Shown here: piece after piece, positions 41,436 through 53,082 of the stretch
Numbering within the stretch: the stretch's first letter is position 1
Layout of the letters: each line of letters starts with the position of its first letter
Notes under the pieces: model-generated
Told to the model about the DNA's origin: nothing
The model's input: the letters and a program-made list of their open reading frames with translations, nothing else
Database searches by the model: none
Assembly (NCBI GenBank): GCA_963827655.1
Contig: CAWHCF010000006.1
Span: forward strand, 224,001-288,000
Length of the DNA: 64,000 bases
DNA from: an uncultured Acidobacteriota bacterium
Lineage (GTDB): Bacteria; Acidobacteriota; UBA6911
Direction: 5' to 3'
Program-made: the position numbers and the translations under genes

Positions 41436-42759
41436 GCATCCTCTACCCGGACCTAAAGCGAGAAAGATCCTCACAGAGGACCTGACCTATATCTCGCCTT
41501 CCTATACCCGCAATTATCCCCTCGTGGCGGAAAGCGGGTCGGGTGCTATGGTGAAGGACGTCGACGGCAACATCTTCCTCGACTTTGCCGCCGGCATCGC
41601 CGTGTGCGCTACGGGCCACTCGCATCCTGAAGTAGTCCAGGCCATTCATGCGCAATCGCAGAAGCTGATCCATATTTCCGGAACTGACTTCTATCTTCCC
41701 AACATGGTGGAGCTGGCGAAGCGTCTGTGCGAGCTTACGCCGGGCACTTTTCCCAAGAAGGTCTATTTCGGAAATTCGGGGGCGGAGGCGATCGAGGCCG
41801 CGATGAAGCTGGCCCGATATCATACCCGCCGCAAGAACTTCATCGCCTTTTACAACTGCTTTCATGGCCGTACCTTTGGCGCGCTTTCGCTCACTTCCAG
41901 CAAGACGGTCCAGCGGAGAAACTTCGGTCCTTTTGTGCCCGGGGCCTACCACTCCCCCTATGCGTATTGCTACCGGTGTCCCATCAATCTTGCCTATCCG
42001 TCATGTGAAATCGCCTGTGCCCACTTCATTGAGAGCACACTCTTCAAGACGGTCGTGGAACCGGAATCGGTCGCCGCCATCGTGGTCGAGCCGATCCTGG
42101 GGGAAGGGGGGTACGTCGTTCCTCCGAAGGAGTTCTTCCGGATACTGACCGAGATTGCCGACCGGCATGGGATTCTCATTATTGCCGACGAAGTTCAGTC
42201 GGGTATGGGGCGAACCGGGAAATTCTGGGCCAGCGAGCACTTCGATTTCGTTCCCGATATTGTCGCCACGGCCAAGGGGATTGCGTCCGGCCTCCCGCTG
42301 AGCGCAATCGTCGCCCGCGCAGACCTGATGGACTGGACGCCGGGGGCTCACGCATCGACGTTCGGCGGAAATCCGATATCGTGCGCGGCGGCATTGAAAA
42401 CCATCGAGCTGATCGAGAAAGGTTACATGGAAAACGCGCGCATTCAGGGGGAGTACCTGGCTCAGAAACTGCAGCGCTTGAAGGATCGGTATCCCGTGGT
42501 CGGTGATGCTCGGGGACTGGGGCTGATGCAGGCCATTGAAATCATCAAACCTCGTGCCGTGAAAGACACCAAGAACAAACTGCTACGGGATCGCATCTTG
42601 CAGGAAGCATTCCAGCGAGGACTCCTGCTGCTGGGTTGCGGTGAAAACAGCGTTCGCTTCTGCCCTCCCTTGCCGATCACCAGTGAACAGATCGACTGTT
42701 GCGCGAACATCCTCGAAGAATGCCTGGAGGCCGTCTCACGCAGCCCGCGACTAACCTGA
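41263..42759 (+). CDS. Class III PLP aminotransferase (GabT/acetylornithine-type); true start probably near 41405
   Basis: FLDFAAGIA, NSGAEAIEAA, FHGRT, DEVQSGMGRTG, TAKGIASG, STFGGNP. Confidence 0.92.
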   Translation: MKRLRVESKSARRPGGEETSPRLTEYGIGCPPREFNLKIHEKVFGGRESTKATLPRIKHPLPGPKARKILTEDLTYISPSYTRNYPLVAESGSGAMVKDVDGNIFLDFAAGIAVCATGHSHPEVVQAIHAQSQKLIHISGTDFYLPNMVELAKRLCELTPGTFPKKVYFGNSGAEAIEAAMKLARYHTRRKNFIAFYNCFHGRTFGALSLTSSKTVQRRNFGPFVPGAYHSPYAYCYRCPINLAYPSCEIACAHFIESTLFKTVVEPESVAAIVVEPILGEGGYVVPPKEFFRILTEIADRHGILIIADEVQSGMGRTGKFWASEHFDFVPDIVATAKGIASGLPLSAIVARADLMDWTPGAHASTFGGNPISCAAALKTIELIEKGYMENARIQGEYLAQKLQRLKDRYPVVGDARGLGLMQAIEIIKPRAVKDTKNKLLRDRILQEAFQRGLLLLGCGENSVRFCPPLPITSEQIDCCANILEECLEAVSRSPRLT

Positions 42760-42842
42760 CAACCCGGCGAGTCTTCCGAGTACTTGGTCGCTCTTCTGTC
42801 CTGGTGGTGAAATGGTTCGGCCGCGGGCGAAACGTTAAGGGC

Positions 42843-43202
42843 ATGCTGGCCGAACATCTTCGGCAAGGACGGCTGGGAGAGCGGATTGCCGGGCGTTTCT
42901 TGATCAAGCAAGGATTCGACATTCTGGCGCGGCGGTTTCGCGGCCGGGCAGGAGAGGTGGACCTGGTAGGGATCGATGGTGAGACCCTGGTATTCGTCGA
43001 AGTAAAGACCCGGGCATCCCGGGAGTTCGGCGATCCCTGGGAATTCGTCGATTGGCAGAAGCAGCAGAGTCTTCGCAGGGTCGCCGAGGAGTTCATTGCC
43101 CGCTACGATCTGGGGCAGTATGCGTACCGATTCGATATCGTGTCGGTGGTCGCGCCGGGCACTGCGGAGGAAGAAGTCTTGCTCTTACGCAACGCTTTCT
43201 AG
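42843..43202 (+). CDS. yraN: YraN family protein (UPF0102)
   Basis: GRLGE..A, GEVDLV, LVFVEVKTR, RFDIV. Confidence 0.92.
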   Translation: MLAEHLRQGRLGERIAGRFLIKQGFDILARRFRGRAGEVDLVGIDGETLVFVEVKTRASREFGDPWEFVDWQKQQSLRRVAEEFIARYDLGQYAYRFDIVSVVAPGTAEEEVLLLRNAF

Positions 43203-43307
43203 AGTCTGGTCTTTTTCTTGTGTCCTTGCGCCTCGGCGCTGAGGCTCAAAATCGTTTGACCCCAATTTTTGGCTTTGTTAATATCCACTCGCTTAAAACC
43301 AGTGGGA

Positions 43308-43382
<75 letters not shown>

Positions 43383-43406
43383 AACAAACCAAATAATCCC
43401 AACAAT

Positions 43407-43547
43407 TTATAGAGAATCCATGAGAAACCGCGGATTCGCGTTGCCAGGGTGCGCCTGGGGTGCGGATTTGCCGTTGCGTCCGGGCAGGATATTGACGAAC
43501 CCCCGGTTCGCTCCAGGCAGCAGCCTTCCATACCGCTTGACGGTCAT
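43407..43547 (-). pseudogene. Tyrosine integrase C-terminal relic
   Basis: Hand translation MTVKRYGRLLPGANRGFVNILPG...SAPQAHP resembles the T..xY.HL.PG.N catalytic-Tyr region; lies next to the att site. Confidence 0.65.
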
Positions 43548-43611
43548 CTCGTGTCGCCTTGCTATGGTGAGAGATAACTCCGCTGGACCTTGATGAATTT
43601 GCTATACCCCA

Positions 43612-44014
43612 GTCGATGTCGCCCGACTCCAGGCCAGCGAGCGGAGGAGCGGAGTCGGACCTTTCCCCGCATAGATTCACGGATCGGTACGAGGTGGACG
43701 ATCAGCTCGGTTTTCAGCTCGGGAACCTGGATTCGGATCGATCGGTTCAGCATGGCCTGCAGTTGCTGCCGTCTGCGTTGCGCACTCTCACCCGGCCTGA
43801 GCTGCCGGAGAAATGGCCGTGCACAATTGAATGAATCGGTCGAGTCGATGATCGCCGCCTCCAGTCGCAGTGGAGCGGAATCGATCCTCCCGCATAGATC
43901 TCACGGATCAGTTGGACGTCGCTCTTTCAGTCGGGAACCTGGGTTCGGATCGATCGGTTCAGCATGGCCTGCAGTTGCTGCCGTCTGCGTTCTGCACTCT
44001 CACCCGGCCTGAGC
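43612..44014. repeat. Degenerate direct duplication (about 190 and 170 bp)
   Basis: TTCGGATCGATCGGTTCAGCATGGCCTGCAGTTGCTGCCGTCTGCGTT occurs in both 43612-43803 and 43844-44014. Confidence 0.9.
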
Positions 44015-44019
44015 CGCAG

Positions 44020-44138
44020 GCGCAATGGCAGATCGCCGCCACAAGCTCTCGTCGAGGAAAGCCTCCCGCTCGGTCAACCGAGCGGTCCAGCGCGGCATTG
44101 AAAATCTCTTTGACTTGTTTTCAGCGTTCGGGGGTCAT
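44020..44138 (-). pseudogene. 5' fragment of a second Ser/Thr kinase gene
   Basis: Near-identical to 46890-47002 (MTPERWKQVKEIFNAALD...), with an early stop and indels. Confidence 0.85.
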
Positions 44139-44168
44139 CTGGCTCACTTCTCGCTCTGCCCATCAGCT

Positions 44169-47011
44169 TTACTTGACCTTTGCCGCCGCCTGGAACTTCG
44201 CGAGATTGGTTTCAAGCTCACGGCGCACAAGCGAGTTGGCTTTCAGCAATGCGATAGCCTTCTGTTCCGTTTCGAGTGCGCGCGCGTGATCGCCGGTCAA
44301 GTGACAAGCCAGCGCGAGTGTGTCCAGGATCTTGGGAGCATTTCCTTTAGTCATCTCGACCGCGCGCCTGGCGTGCGGTAACGCGGCTGCCGGATCGCGA
44401 AGATCGGATGGCTCAGAAGTCAGCAAGGCCCAGGCATAGCTGTTGAGGTCATTCGCGGTCGCTGCGGGCTGCTCGGCCTGCGCCTTCTGAATGCTCAAAG
44501 CGCGAAGCGCCAGGCGGCGCGCCTCCGCCGGTTGCCCGGTTTGCGCCAACAGCCTGGCAAGCGGATGCAGCGTTTCAGCCACGTCTGATTGCAAATACGT
44601 GTTCATCGGATCAGCCGCTCCCAGCGTCTCAAAGATCGCCAGTCCCTTGCGGTAATAGGCCAGCGCCCCGGCCGTGTCCTGGGTCTGGGCCAGGTGCGTG
44701 CCGCGGCATCTGTAGCTGATCGCAAGATCTCGGCGGGCAAGCATATTGGTCGGATCTGCGGCGGACATGGCCTCAAGGATGTCCACCGCTTTGCGGGATT
44801 CTCCAGAAGCTCCGACGGCATCGCCGGTCTTTGCCAGGATGAGTCCGATCTTGTCGTAGAGCACCGCCAGGTGGCGGCGGTAATTGCCGTTCGACGGATC
44901 GGTCGCGAGCAACGTTTCCGTGATCGTGTGCGATTGTTTGTAATACTCGATCGCTCCCGCCGTGTCGCCAGTCAGTTCGAGCGCATCGGCAATCCGTTCG
45001 TGGCTGAGGTAAACATAGCGGCGCGCCTGCGCATTCTTCGGGTCACGCATAGCCAATGCTTCAGCCACTGCCATCGACTTGCGGAAATAATCCAAGGCCT
45101 GGTCTGTCTCACCGAGGCTGGGGAAATTAGGATTGCCCAGGTCGTCCCCGAGCTTGAGGTAGCATCGCGCCAGATTGATCTGCTCTTGTCCATCGGCGGG
45201 ATTGGCTTTGGCCAGCGCTTCGAAGATAGGCAACGCCTGAAGCCGGCTCTTGATCGCTTCAGCGGTACGGCCGGTCACGGCCAGCACGTCGCCAATCTTG
45301 TTGCAACTGAGCGCGAGGACGCGGCGGAAATTCAGCGTCGTCCGGAATGCGCCCGGAGAGCGCTTCAGCAATCGCCTTCGCTTTATGGTAGCTTTGCAGC
45401 GCTCCGGCGGTACTGCCCAGGTTGGCATTGTTCGGATTGCCTTGCACGTCGCCGACTTTGAGGTAAGCCTCGGCCAGCTCCAGTTGCAGCGAGGGATTAT
45501 CGCCCGCCTCCTTGTTCACGCCGTCCAGATAGTCCAATGCTCCCTTGACCATCGACTCACGCGCTGGTGTAGACCCCGCCAGCTTCTCAACCTGATCGTG
45601 CAACTTGTAGATTAACAGGTTGGCCAGCTTCCGTCCCTCTTCAGAGCGTCGCTCGGCTCGCGCTCGCTGATCCTTGGCGACCTGAGCCTGCCAGGACGTG
45701 GTCATGACACCAGCCAGCAGACTCACCCCTACTACCGCGGCGGCGGCCACACTCGCCTTGTGCCGCGCGATGAATTTCTCCGCGCGATAACCGAAACTAT
45801 CTTTGCGCGCCACCACCGGCAGTCCTTCCAGATGCCGGCGAATGTCTTCTGAAAGCTGATTGACCGTGGCATAACGCCGCTGCGGCTCTTTGCGCACCGC
45901 CATCAAGACTATGTTGTCAATGTCGCCGTGGAGGCGGCGGCGCAATTTTTCGGGCTGGCCTTCGCGCGTCCGGCTGACGATTTCAGGAGTGAGCGAGACC
46001 TGAGTCGCGCCATCGGCGCTGGTGGTCGTCTCGACTCGATTGATGACGGTGCTCGGCTTCTCCGGCTCTTCTTCGCAGACGGTGCGCAAGTTCTCGTGCG
46101 GCAAGGGGCTCGTCAGCCGATAGGGACGATGGCCGGTCAGCAGCTCATAAAGCACGATGCCGATTGAATAAACATCACTGGCCGTCGTCACCGGCTCGCC
46201 GCGGACTTGTTCGGGGCTTGCGTACTCTGGCGTCATCAACTGCAGCGCCGTCGCCGTCGGGTCTATCGTCTGTGCGGACAACTCCGGGTTGAGCAGCTTG
46301 GCAATGCCGAAGTCGAGCAGCTTGGGCGTGCCATCCGCTGTGATCAGAATATTGCTCGGCTTGAGATCACGATGCACCACCAGGTTCTGGTGAGCGCAGT
46401 GGACCGCCGAGCAGACCTGACGAATGAGTCTGAGCCGTTCGGCGATGGTCAGCTTATGCGTGTCGCTGTAGTTGGTGATCGGCTTGCCCTCGACGTATTC
46501 CATCGCGAAGTAAGGCAATCCGTCTTCCGTCGTACCGCCATCGAGCAGTTGGGCAATGCAGGGATGATTGAGGCTCGCCAGAATCTGCCGCTCGTGGCGG
46601 AAGCGGCGCAGGATGTCTTTCGTGTCCATCCCGCGCCTGACTAGCTTAAGCGCAACCCGCTTCTGATATTGATCATCGGCCCGCACCGCCAGGTAAACCG
46701 CGCCCATCCCGCCTCGCCCGATTTCGCGGACGAGTTTGTAAGCGCCGACCTGCCGCCCGATCATGGAGTAGGGCTGCAGCGCTGATGGCTTCGTCAGCTG
46801 GAAGCGAATCGCGGGACGGGGCGGCGGGAGTTTCCATGAAGTCGCCGGCCTGTTCGTAGCGGTTGATAAAGTGTTCGACCTGTTGGCGCAGTGACAGATC
46901 GCCGCCACAAGCTTCGTCGAGGAAAGTCTCCCGCTCGTCAACCGAGCGGTCCAGCGCGGCGTTGAAGATCTCTTTGACTTGTTTCCAGCGTTCGGGAGTC
47001 ATGCCATTCAC
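44169..47011 (-). CDS. Membrane Hanks-type Ser/Thr kinase with C-terminal TPR domain, frameshifts near 46800 and 45350
   Basis: IGRGGMGAVY, VALKLV, HRDLKPSN, LDFGIAK, TPEYASPE, one TM, then TPR-like helices; ORFs 46673-47011, 45259-46941, 44169-45428. Confidence 0.92.
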
Positions 47012-47014
47012 TGA

Positions 47015-47578
47015 TCACGATTGCTTGCTTAATTCGTCGTAAAGCCATGCTTTAGCCATTCTCCACTCGCGGACCACCGTCGCCCGGCTGACACCCAGGA
47101 CTTCAGCCGTCTCTTCCAGCGTCATTCCGCCGAAATATTTCAACTCCACGACGCGGCTCTGTTGGAGATCGAGTTCGGCCAATGTTTTCAGCGCTTCATC
47201 AAGCGCCACCAGTTGATCGGCGCGCTGGTGCGTAACGTCAATCGCTTCATCGAGCGAGACCGCCAGACCGGAGCCGCGTTTTTCGGCCATCCGCGCCCGG
47301 GCATGATCCACGAGAATGCGCCGCATCGCCTGGGCCGCGATGCCGAAAAAGTGTGCGCGGTTCTGCCAACGTACGTTCTGCTGATCTATCAACCTGAGGT
47401 AAGCCTCGTGCGCCAACGCCGTCGGTTGCAGCGTGTAACCGGCGCGCTCTCGCCGCAGATAGCTCTCCGCGAGTTTCTTCATTTCCCGATAGACCAGCGG
47501 GGTGAGCTCCTCGAGGGCCTCCCGGTCTCCGTTGCTCCACGCGAGCAACAGTTGAGTAATGTCCGTAGAACTCTCCAT
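47015..47578 (-). CDS. ECF sigma factor, STK-associated (EcfK/EcfP-like)
   Basis: ITQLLLAWSNGD, TLQPTALAHEAYLRL, WQNRAHFF, MRRILVDHAR; no anti-sigma, directly upstream of the kinase. Confidence 0.93.
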   Translation of the reverse strand: MESSTDITQLLLAWSNGDREALEELTPLVYREMKKLAESYLRRERAGYTLQPTALAHEAYLRLIDQQNVRWQNRAHFFGIAAQAMRRILVDHARARMAEKRGSGLAVSLDEAIDVTHQRADQLVALDEALKTLAELDLQQSRVVELKYFGGMTLEETAEVLGVSRATVVREWRMAKAWLYDELSKQS

Positions 47579-48038
47579 ACGATTGTCAGATTGCAGACGA
47601 CGGGTGAGCCATGAAACTAATGTGACGACAGGCGAAGCATAGAAATTGTCAGTAATTAAGTCAAGATGCCCGACTCGGCAAAAGCCGTGGCAACCTCACC
47701 GATCAAACTTTTTCCACCTGTGCAAGTAGTCTTACGAAGGGTTTGTGAAGAGGGAAACAAAAAGAGCAAAGGAGAACTTGTCGCCCTTTTTGCCTTTCTT
47801 GGCGGTTTTGCTTCCCTCCTGCACTACTTGCAACAGGTCGAGATTTTTTTCCCTCCTGCGTGATCCTGTCTCAATCCATTTTCCGCGTGTCTGGTTGAAG
47901 ACGAGGCCCGGGCGCCGGCCGGCTGACGGTGGAGGCGCGGGTGACCCCGTTGCCGCCGGACAAGCGTATCCCCATTTCCGACGATCTGGTCGAGTGATGA
48001 GCGCGCAACTACAAATGAAAACAAGAGAAGGAGAAAGT

Positions 48039-49619
48039 ATGATCAGCGGTTTTTTCAACACGCGGAAAGTTCGGATCGTGAGTGGCCTTCTGCCGATCGC
48101 ATTGGCTGTCTTGGCGGTTTGCCTGATGGACCCCCTTTTTACCAGCGCCCAGGGCCGCGAACAATCGCAGGAGAAACTCCGCAAACACGCCAGCGCGAAT
48201 GCTGTCGCCAATCGCTACATCGTGGTGCTCGATAACGATGCAGTCAATTTCGCCGCTCACGACACGGCGGTAGCCGAAGTCGGCGACTCGCTCGCCGCAA
48301 CCCACGGAGCGCAGATCGAGATGACTTACAAACACGCGCTTAACGGCTATGCAATGGAGATGACCGAAGCACAGGCTCTGGCGGTCAGCCGCGACCCAAG
48401 GGTCGCCTACGTTGAGGAAGACGCTTACGTCAGCATCGAGCCAATCGCGGCTGACAACATCGCCCAGGACAACGCTGCGTGGGGCCTCGACCGGATCGAT
48501 CAGCGCCGCCTCCCGCTCGATAATAACTACGCTTATAACACCAGCGGGAAGGGAGTCAACGTCTACGTTATAGATAGTGGGATTCGGCACACGCACTGGG
48601 AATTTCAGGGCCGCGCCTTTGCCGCCTTCGATGCGGTCAACGAAAGTCAGAACACGGACGACTGCAACGGCCACGGCACCCATGTCGCCGGCACCATTGG
48701 CGGGACTACCTACGGCGTTGCCAAGGATGTACGCCTGTACGCCGTGCGCGTGCTCGGCTGCGATAACAAGGGATTTGTCTCAGGGTTCATTGCGGGTGTG
48801 GATTGGGTCACAGCCAATCACATCAAACCTGCGGTGGCCAACATGAGCATCGGCGCGCGCGCGTCCCAGGCTTTTGACCAGGCAGTGAAAAACTCCATCG
48901 CGGCCGGCGTGACCTATGTCGTGTCCGCTGGGAACGATACCCAGGATGCGTGTAACCAGTCCCCCGCACGCGCCGAAAACACTATCACCGTCGGGTCAAC
49001 GAGCAGCTCCGATAGCCGGTCCTCATTCTCTAACTACGGGCCTTGCGTCAACATCTTTGCCCCCGGCTCAGGGATCACCTCCGCCTGGTTCACCAATGAC
49101 GACGCCACAGCTGTCCTGAACGGCACGTCAATGGCCTCTCCGCATGTGGCGGGCGCGGCGGCGCTTTACCTCGAGGCTGATCCCGAAGCCACGCCCGCGG
49201 CGGTCGGCAGCGCCATCCTCGGTAGCGCCACCGCCGATCAACTGAGCGATGTCGGACCTGGCTCGCCCAACCTTCTGCTTTTCTCGCAGCTCGGCGCCGC
49301 CGGCACTGACCCGTGCACCAACTGCACCCGTTACACCGGCTTGCTCTTCAGCGGAGATGCAGGCCTTGAGCCAAACGGCACTTACTACGACAACGCTTCA
49401 TTCGGGTATCACCAGGGCTGGCTGCGCGGTCCGGCGGGGGCCGATTTCGACCTTTCCCTCTGGAAATGGGATGGATCGCAATGGGTGGTCGTGGCGAGCT
49501 CGGAAGGCGAGAGCTCGACTGAGGAGATCTCCTACTACGGTTCGCCCGGTTATTACATCTGGCGAATCTTCTCCTACCGCGGGAACGGCTTCTACGATTT
49601 CTGGTTGCAGCAACCTTAG
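48039..49619 (+). CDS. Secreted S8 subtilase, aqualysin I-like (I9 propeptide + catalytic + C-terminal domain)
   Basis: [23 protein letters not shown] triad; WGLDRIDQR; C-terminal [17 protein letters not shown]...FWLQ.P; AGGAG RBS. Confidence 0.93.
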   Translation: MISGFFNTRKVRIVSGLLPIALAVLAVCLMDPLFTSAQGREQSQEKLRKHASANAVANRYIVVLDNDAVNFAAHDTAVAEVGDSLAATHGAQIEMTYKHALNGYAMEMTEAQALAVSRDPRVAYVEEDAYVSIEPIAADNIAQDNAAWGLDRIDQRRLPLDNNYAYNTSGKGVNVYVIDSGIRHTHWEFQGRAFAAFDAVNESQNTDDCNGHGTHVAGTIGGTTYGVAKDVRLYAVRVLGCDNKGFVSGFIAGVDWVTANHIKPAVANMSIGARASQAFDQAVKNSIAAGVTYVVSAGNDTQDACNQSPARAENTITVGSTSSSDSRSSFSNYGPCVNIFAPGSGITSAWFTNDDATAVLNGTSMASPHVAGAAALYLEADPEATPAAVGSAILGSATADQLSDVGPGSPNLLLFSQLGAAGTDPCTNCTRYTGLLFSGDAGLEPNGTYYDNASFGYHQGWLRGPAGADFDLSLWKWDGSQWVVVASSEGESSTEEISYYGSPGYYIWRIFSYRGNGFYDFWLQQP

Positions 49620-49720
49620 CCTTCGCGCCGCTCAAGGTTTACTGGCAAATATCAACGAAAAACCCTCACGAGCGCGCTCCAGGATCGGTGACTCGTGAGA
49701 AAACAATCACGGAGGGAGTT

Positions 49721-51938
49721 ATGAAAAGTCATATCCGTTATGCCACATCAGGCATGAGATCCATTCTGTTTTTGACCGTGCTGGCAGGTGGGGCCTTTCA
49801 ATTAGCGTCAGCCGAACGCTCGGCTTTGACGAGCTTCGGCGCGCAACCCGTCGCTGCGCCACACTATTATGCTCGGCAGATTCAAGAATTGAGAGACGTT
49901 CAGCTTCCGCCTGCCGAAGCGCAAGATCATCTTCACTTCACGCCGCTCGAAGGCGGGTCGGTACTCGAATTCCGCGATGGGAAGGTGTCTTGCCGCGCCG
50001 CGACAGAAGAAGAGTCGCAGGCGCTGCAGCGCAACCCTGATCAGCAGTGGCGCGTGATCGGCGATGAAGCCTTCGCGCTCAACTCAACGGAGCAGGCGCA
50101 GAAGGGGTTGAAGATCATCCTGCGCGGCACGCCCCAGCTCGAACAGTTCCCGGAAGCCACGGCGGCCTTCTTGCGCGCCGCCCGCACGTGGGAATCGTTG
50201 ATTCAAAATCCCATCACGGTGGTGATTGACGTGGACTTCGGGCCGACGTTCTTCGGCGAGCCGTTTGCAGACCAGTACGGTCTGACGAGATTTCAGTGGA
50301 ACTTCAATGAAAACGCCTATCCCATAATTCGCTCCGCTCTGATCCGAAGCGCAGGAAGCCCGCAAGAGGCTGCGCTCTACAACTCTCTGCCGCCAGCGCA
50401 ACTGCCGACAGACCTGGGCGCGGCTACGGGAATGATCTATCACGTTGCGGCGATGCGCGCGCTCGGACTGTTTCCACCTGTGGCTGATCCGGACACTGAG
50501 CGGGAGATCTTGGGCTTGCCGCCGGCCATCGCCTTCAATTCGGCCATCAGCTTCGACTTCGATCCGAGCGACGGCATCGAGCCCAATAAAATTGATTTCA
50601 CTGCGGCTGCCCTGCACGAGATCGGCCACGCGCTCGGTTTTTTCTCCGGTGCCGGTACCAAAGAAGAGTACCCCAATGTGCCGCTGACACCAGATTTGCT
50701 GGACCTGTTCCGCTTCCGTCCCGGCGTTACGCTCGAGACCTTCTCTTCCGCGCCGCGCATCCTGTCGTCGGGCGGTGAGCACGTCTTTTTCGGCGGAGGG
50801 CCGGAACTGCCGCTCTCCACGGGACGGACCGACGGCGTAGGCGGCGATGGCCGGCAGGCTGGGCATTGGAAGGATTACACGCTCGGCGGGCGTTACATCG
50901 GCATTATGGCTCCGATTTTTGGCTGGGGTCGTGCTTTTGAGATGACCGCCAATGATCGGGAGGCGTTCGAGCTGATCGGGTATCGCACGAACCCGCTGCC
51001 CAATCCCCAGGAGGCCGAGCTGAAGCTCGACGACGGGGCGGCGGACATTGGCGCGCGCGCCGATGGATTGATAGTGTATCAACCGGCTGACACCGCCGAG
51101 CTATCCGGCGACGTTGCGCAAGGTGCTTATCCTCATTCCGCCTTTCCGAGACCAGCCCGATCCAGCAGGCAAGCCGATTACGCTGATCTACGGGCACAGC
51201 AACCCGGGCGCCCAGTTGAACCTCGTCGAGACGACCGTCCCCAGCGCCAGTAACGAACTCTTTCTTGAGTTCACGATCCCCGACGGCCCGACGATCAACG
51301 CCGGCGATTTCTACATCGGCTATCAAGCTCCATCGCCACACCAGGGCGTAGGGTTCGCCGTTGATTTAAGCGGCACGACGGAGAATCGCAGCTTCTATTC
51401 CCTCAACAACGGCGCAAGCTTGGCGCCTCTCCCTGAGCTGTATGAAGGCAAACCGGCAAACGCCATGATCCGCGCCCTCATGTCTATTGGCGATCCCACC
51501 CCTACACCGGCGCCGCCGCCCGCGCGGGCACCGACGCCCGGCCCCGATACAGTGGCGCTGACTTCCAGCGTGCCGCAAGACGGGTATATGCCAAGATCAT
51601 CGCCAAATGGCGCGGTTTTCGAAACTCAGTACACGATCGAGGTGCCGAGTGGCGCGACGCAACTCAAGATTGATCTGAATGCGAATACCGACCTGGACCT
51701 CTTCGTGCGTTTCAGCAGCCGCATCGTGGTTCAAAACGCGTTGCCGGTAGCCGATTTCAAATCGGTTTCGGACAACTATCAAGAATCGATCACCATCACG
51801 CCCGCCAGTTCGCCGGCGCTGCAGGCAGGCGTCTATTACCTCATGGTTGCGAATTACGGCCCCGGCCCGTCCACCTTTACGGTCACGGCCACAGTCAATG
51901 GCGGTTCCAATGAGGCAGGGCAAGGTGGTGAGCGCTAG
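49721..51938 (+). CDS. Secreted zinc metalloprotease (HEIGHALG) with Pro linker and PPC-like domain, frameshift near 51080
   Basis: FDFDPSDGI...DF..AALHEIGHALGF, LDLFRF, QAGHWKD, GIMAP; TDLDLFVR...ESITIT...AGVYY. Confidence 0.8.
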
Positions 51939-52408
51939 GCCGGAAGACCCCCAGGCGCCCAGACTCAAAGCATGGAACAAAGACAATCCGAAGTTGAAAT
52001 ACCATCGGGAAAGTAATTTCCGGCGCGATGCCATCAGGGCGAGGAAAGGTCTTCTTGGATTGGATAAGGGGAGCGGCTCGAGAAGGCTACCCAGATCTAA
52101 GCGGCGTCGCCTTTTTTGGGGGTGCGCCCAGGGTGCGGAAGTGCGGGAGTCTTACGCGGATTTGCTGAAATCTGCGAACCAGAATCAACAACTTGCAAAG
52201 AATCAACACCGCGAATACAATTGCCCAGGTTAAAGTACGCGGGGTTCAAATCTCCAAGTCTCCTGTCATCACGGACGGGAGCTTTGAGTAAGGATTGTGA
52301 ATTCAGGAATGAGGCTCCCAGGCGGCTCTGACCGAGAACGTTTCAGAAGGCCCGATTCTCCCGCGAAGCTCGACCGGTCCTGAATTTCAGATCCTGGTGT
52401 CAGTGTGC

Positions 52409-52484
52409 GGCGCCGTACCCAAGTGGCTAAGGGAGAGGTCTGCAAAACCTTTATGCAGCGGTTCGAATCCGCTCGGCGCCTCCA
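52409..52484 (+). tRNA. tRNA-Cys (GCA)
   Basis: GGCGCCG acceptor stem, AGGTCTGCAAAACCT anticodon arm, GGTTCGAATCC, CCA. Confidence 0.98.
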
Positions 52485-52693
52485 GTTTCCAAAGAATCGT
52501 CGGTCCTTCAAAAAACCCAGGCCGGATCGCTCTGCCGCAAATACTTCCAGGTTGCCCATCAGCCTGTACGTGGCGGGTGCGTGAATACCCGAACACGGCT
52601 GCGCGTGTCGCCAATCCGACACTCCGGCAAATCGGAAGTAAAGGTACCGAAGATTTAGAGACAGCAGGACAGAAAACCTTGCGTGGTTAGCGC

Positions 52694-52718
52694 TGACACA
52701 ATGTTCTGCATTGTGTCA
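52694..52718. promoter_or_regulatory. Perfect 10-bp inverted repeat, probable antitoxin operator
   Basis: TGACACAATG-N5-CATTGTGTCA, 17 nt before the antitoxin ATG. Confidence 0.7.
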
Positions 52719-52735
52719 CACCACGGGTGAATCCG

Positions 52736-52963
52736 ATGAGAGAACTCAGTATCCGCGAGATCAGATCCCAGTTGCCCCGCCTGGATGAGCTTCTGTCTCA
52801 GGAAGGCGAGATCCTGATTACTCGGCGCGGCAAGCCGATCGCTCGCGTCCTCCCGGTAACGCGAGCGAAGGTGATGTCCAATCATGCAGGCTTGCGCGCG
52901 CTAATGCCGCGTCTTTCCCGTGGAAGTGAACACTACGTGCGCGCTGATCGGGACCAGAGGTGA
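52736..52963 (+). CDS. Phd/YefM-type antitoxin, no intact toxin
   Basis: LSIREIRSQL..L...GEILITRRGKPIARV.P. Confidence 0.85.
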   Translation: MRELSIREIRSQLPRLDELLSQEGEILITRRGKPIARVLPVTRAKVMSNHAGLRALMPRLSRGSEHYVRADRDQR

Positions 52964-53082
52964 CGGCACGTATTTCCGATGAAGCAGGCAGGAAGCTGCG
53001 GCGTGCTATCCTTGATCAGCTCGGCCGATTATGACAGGTCATGCAGGAGATGATCGTGTTCGGCCATCACAAGCAATTCCCT

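Noticed and set aside
52221-52263. A second functional tRNA-Gly
   Set aside because: Only a degenerate 3' half is present, with no D arm or acceptor stem; interpreted as the att remnant
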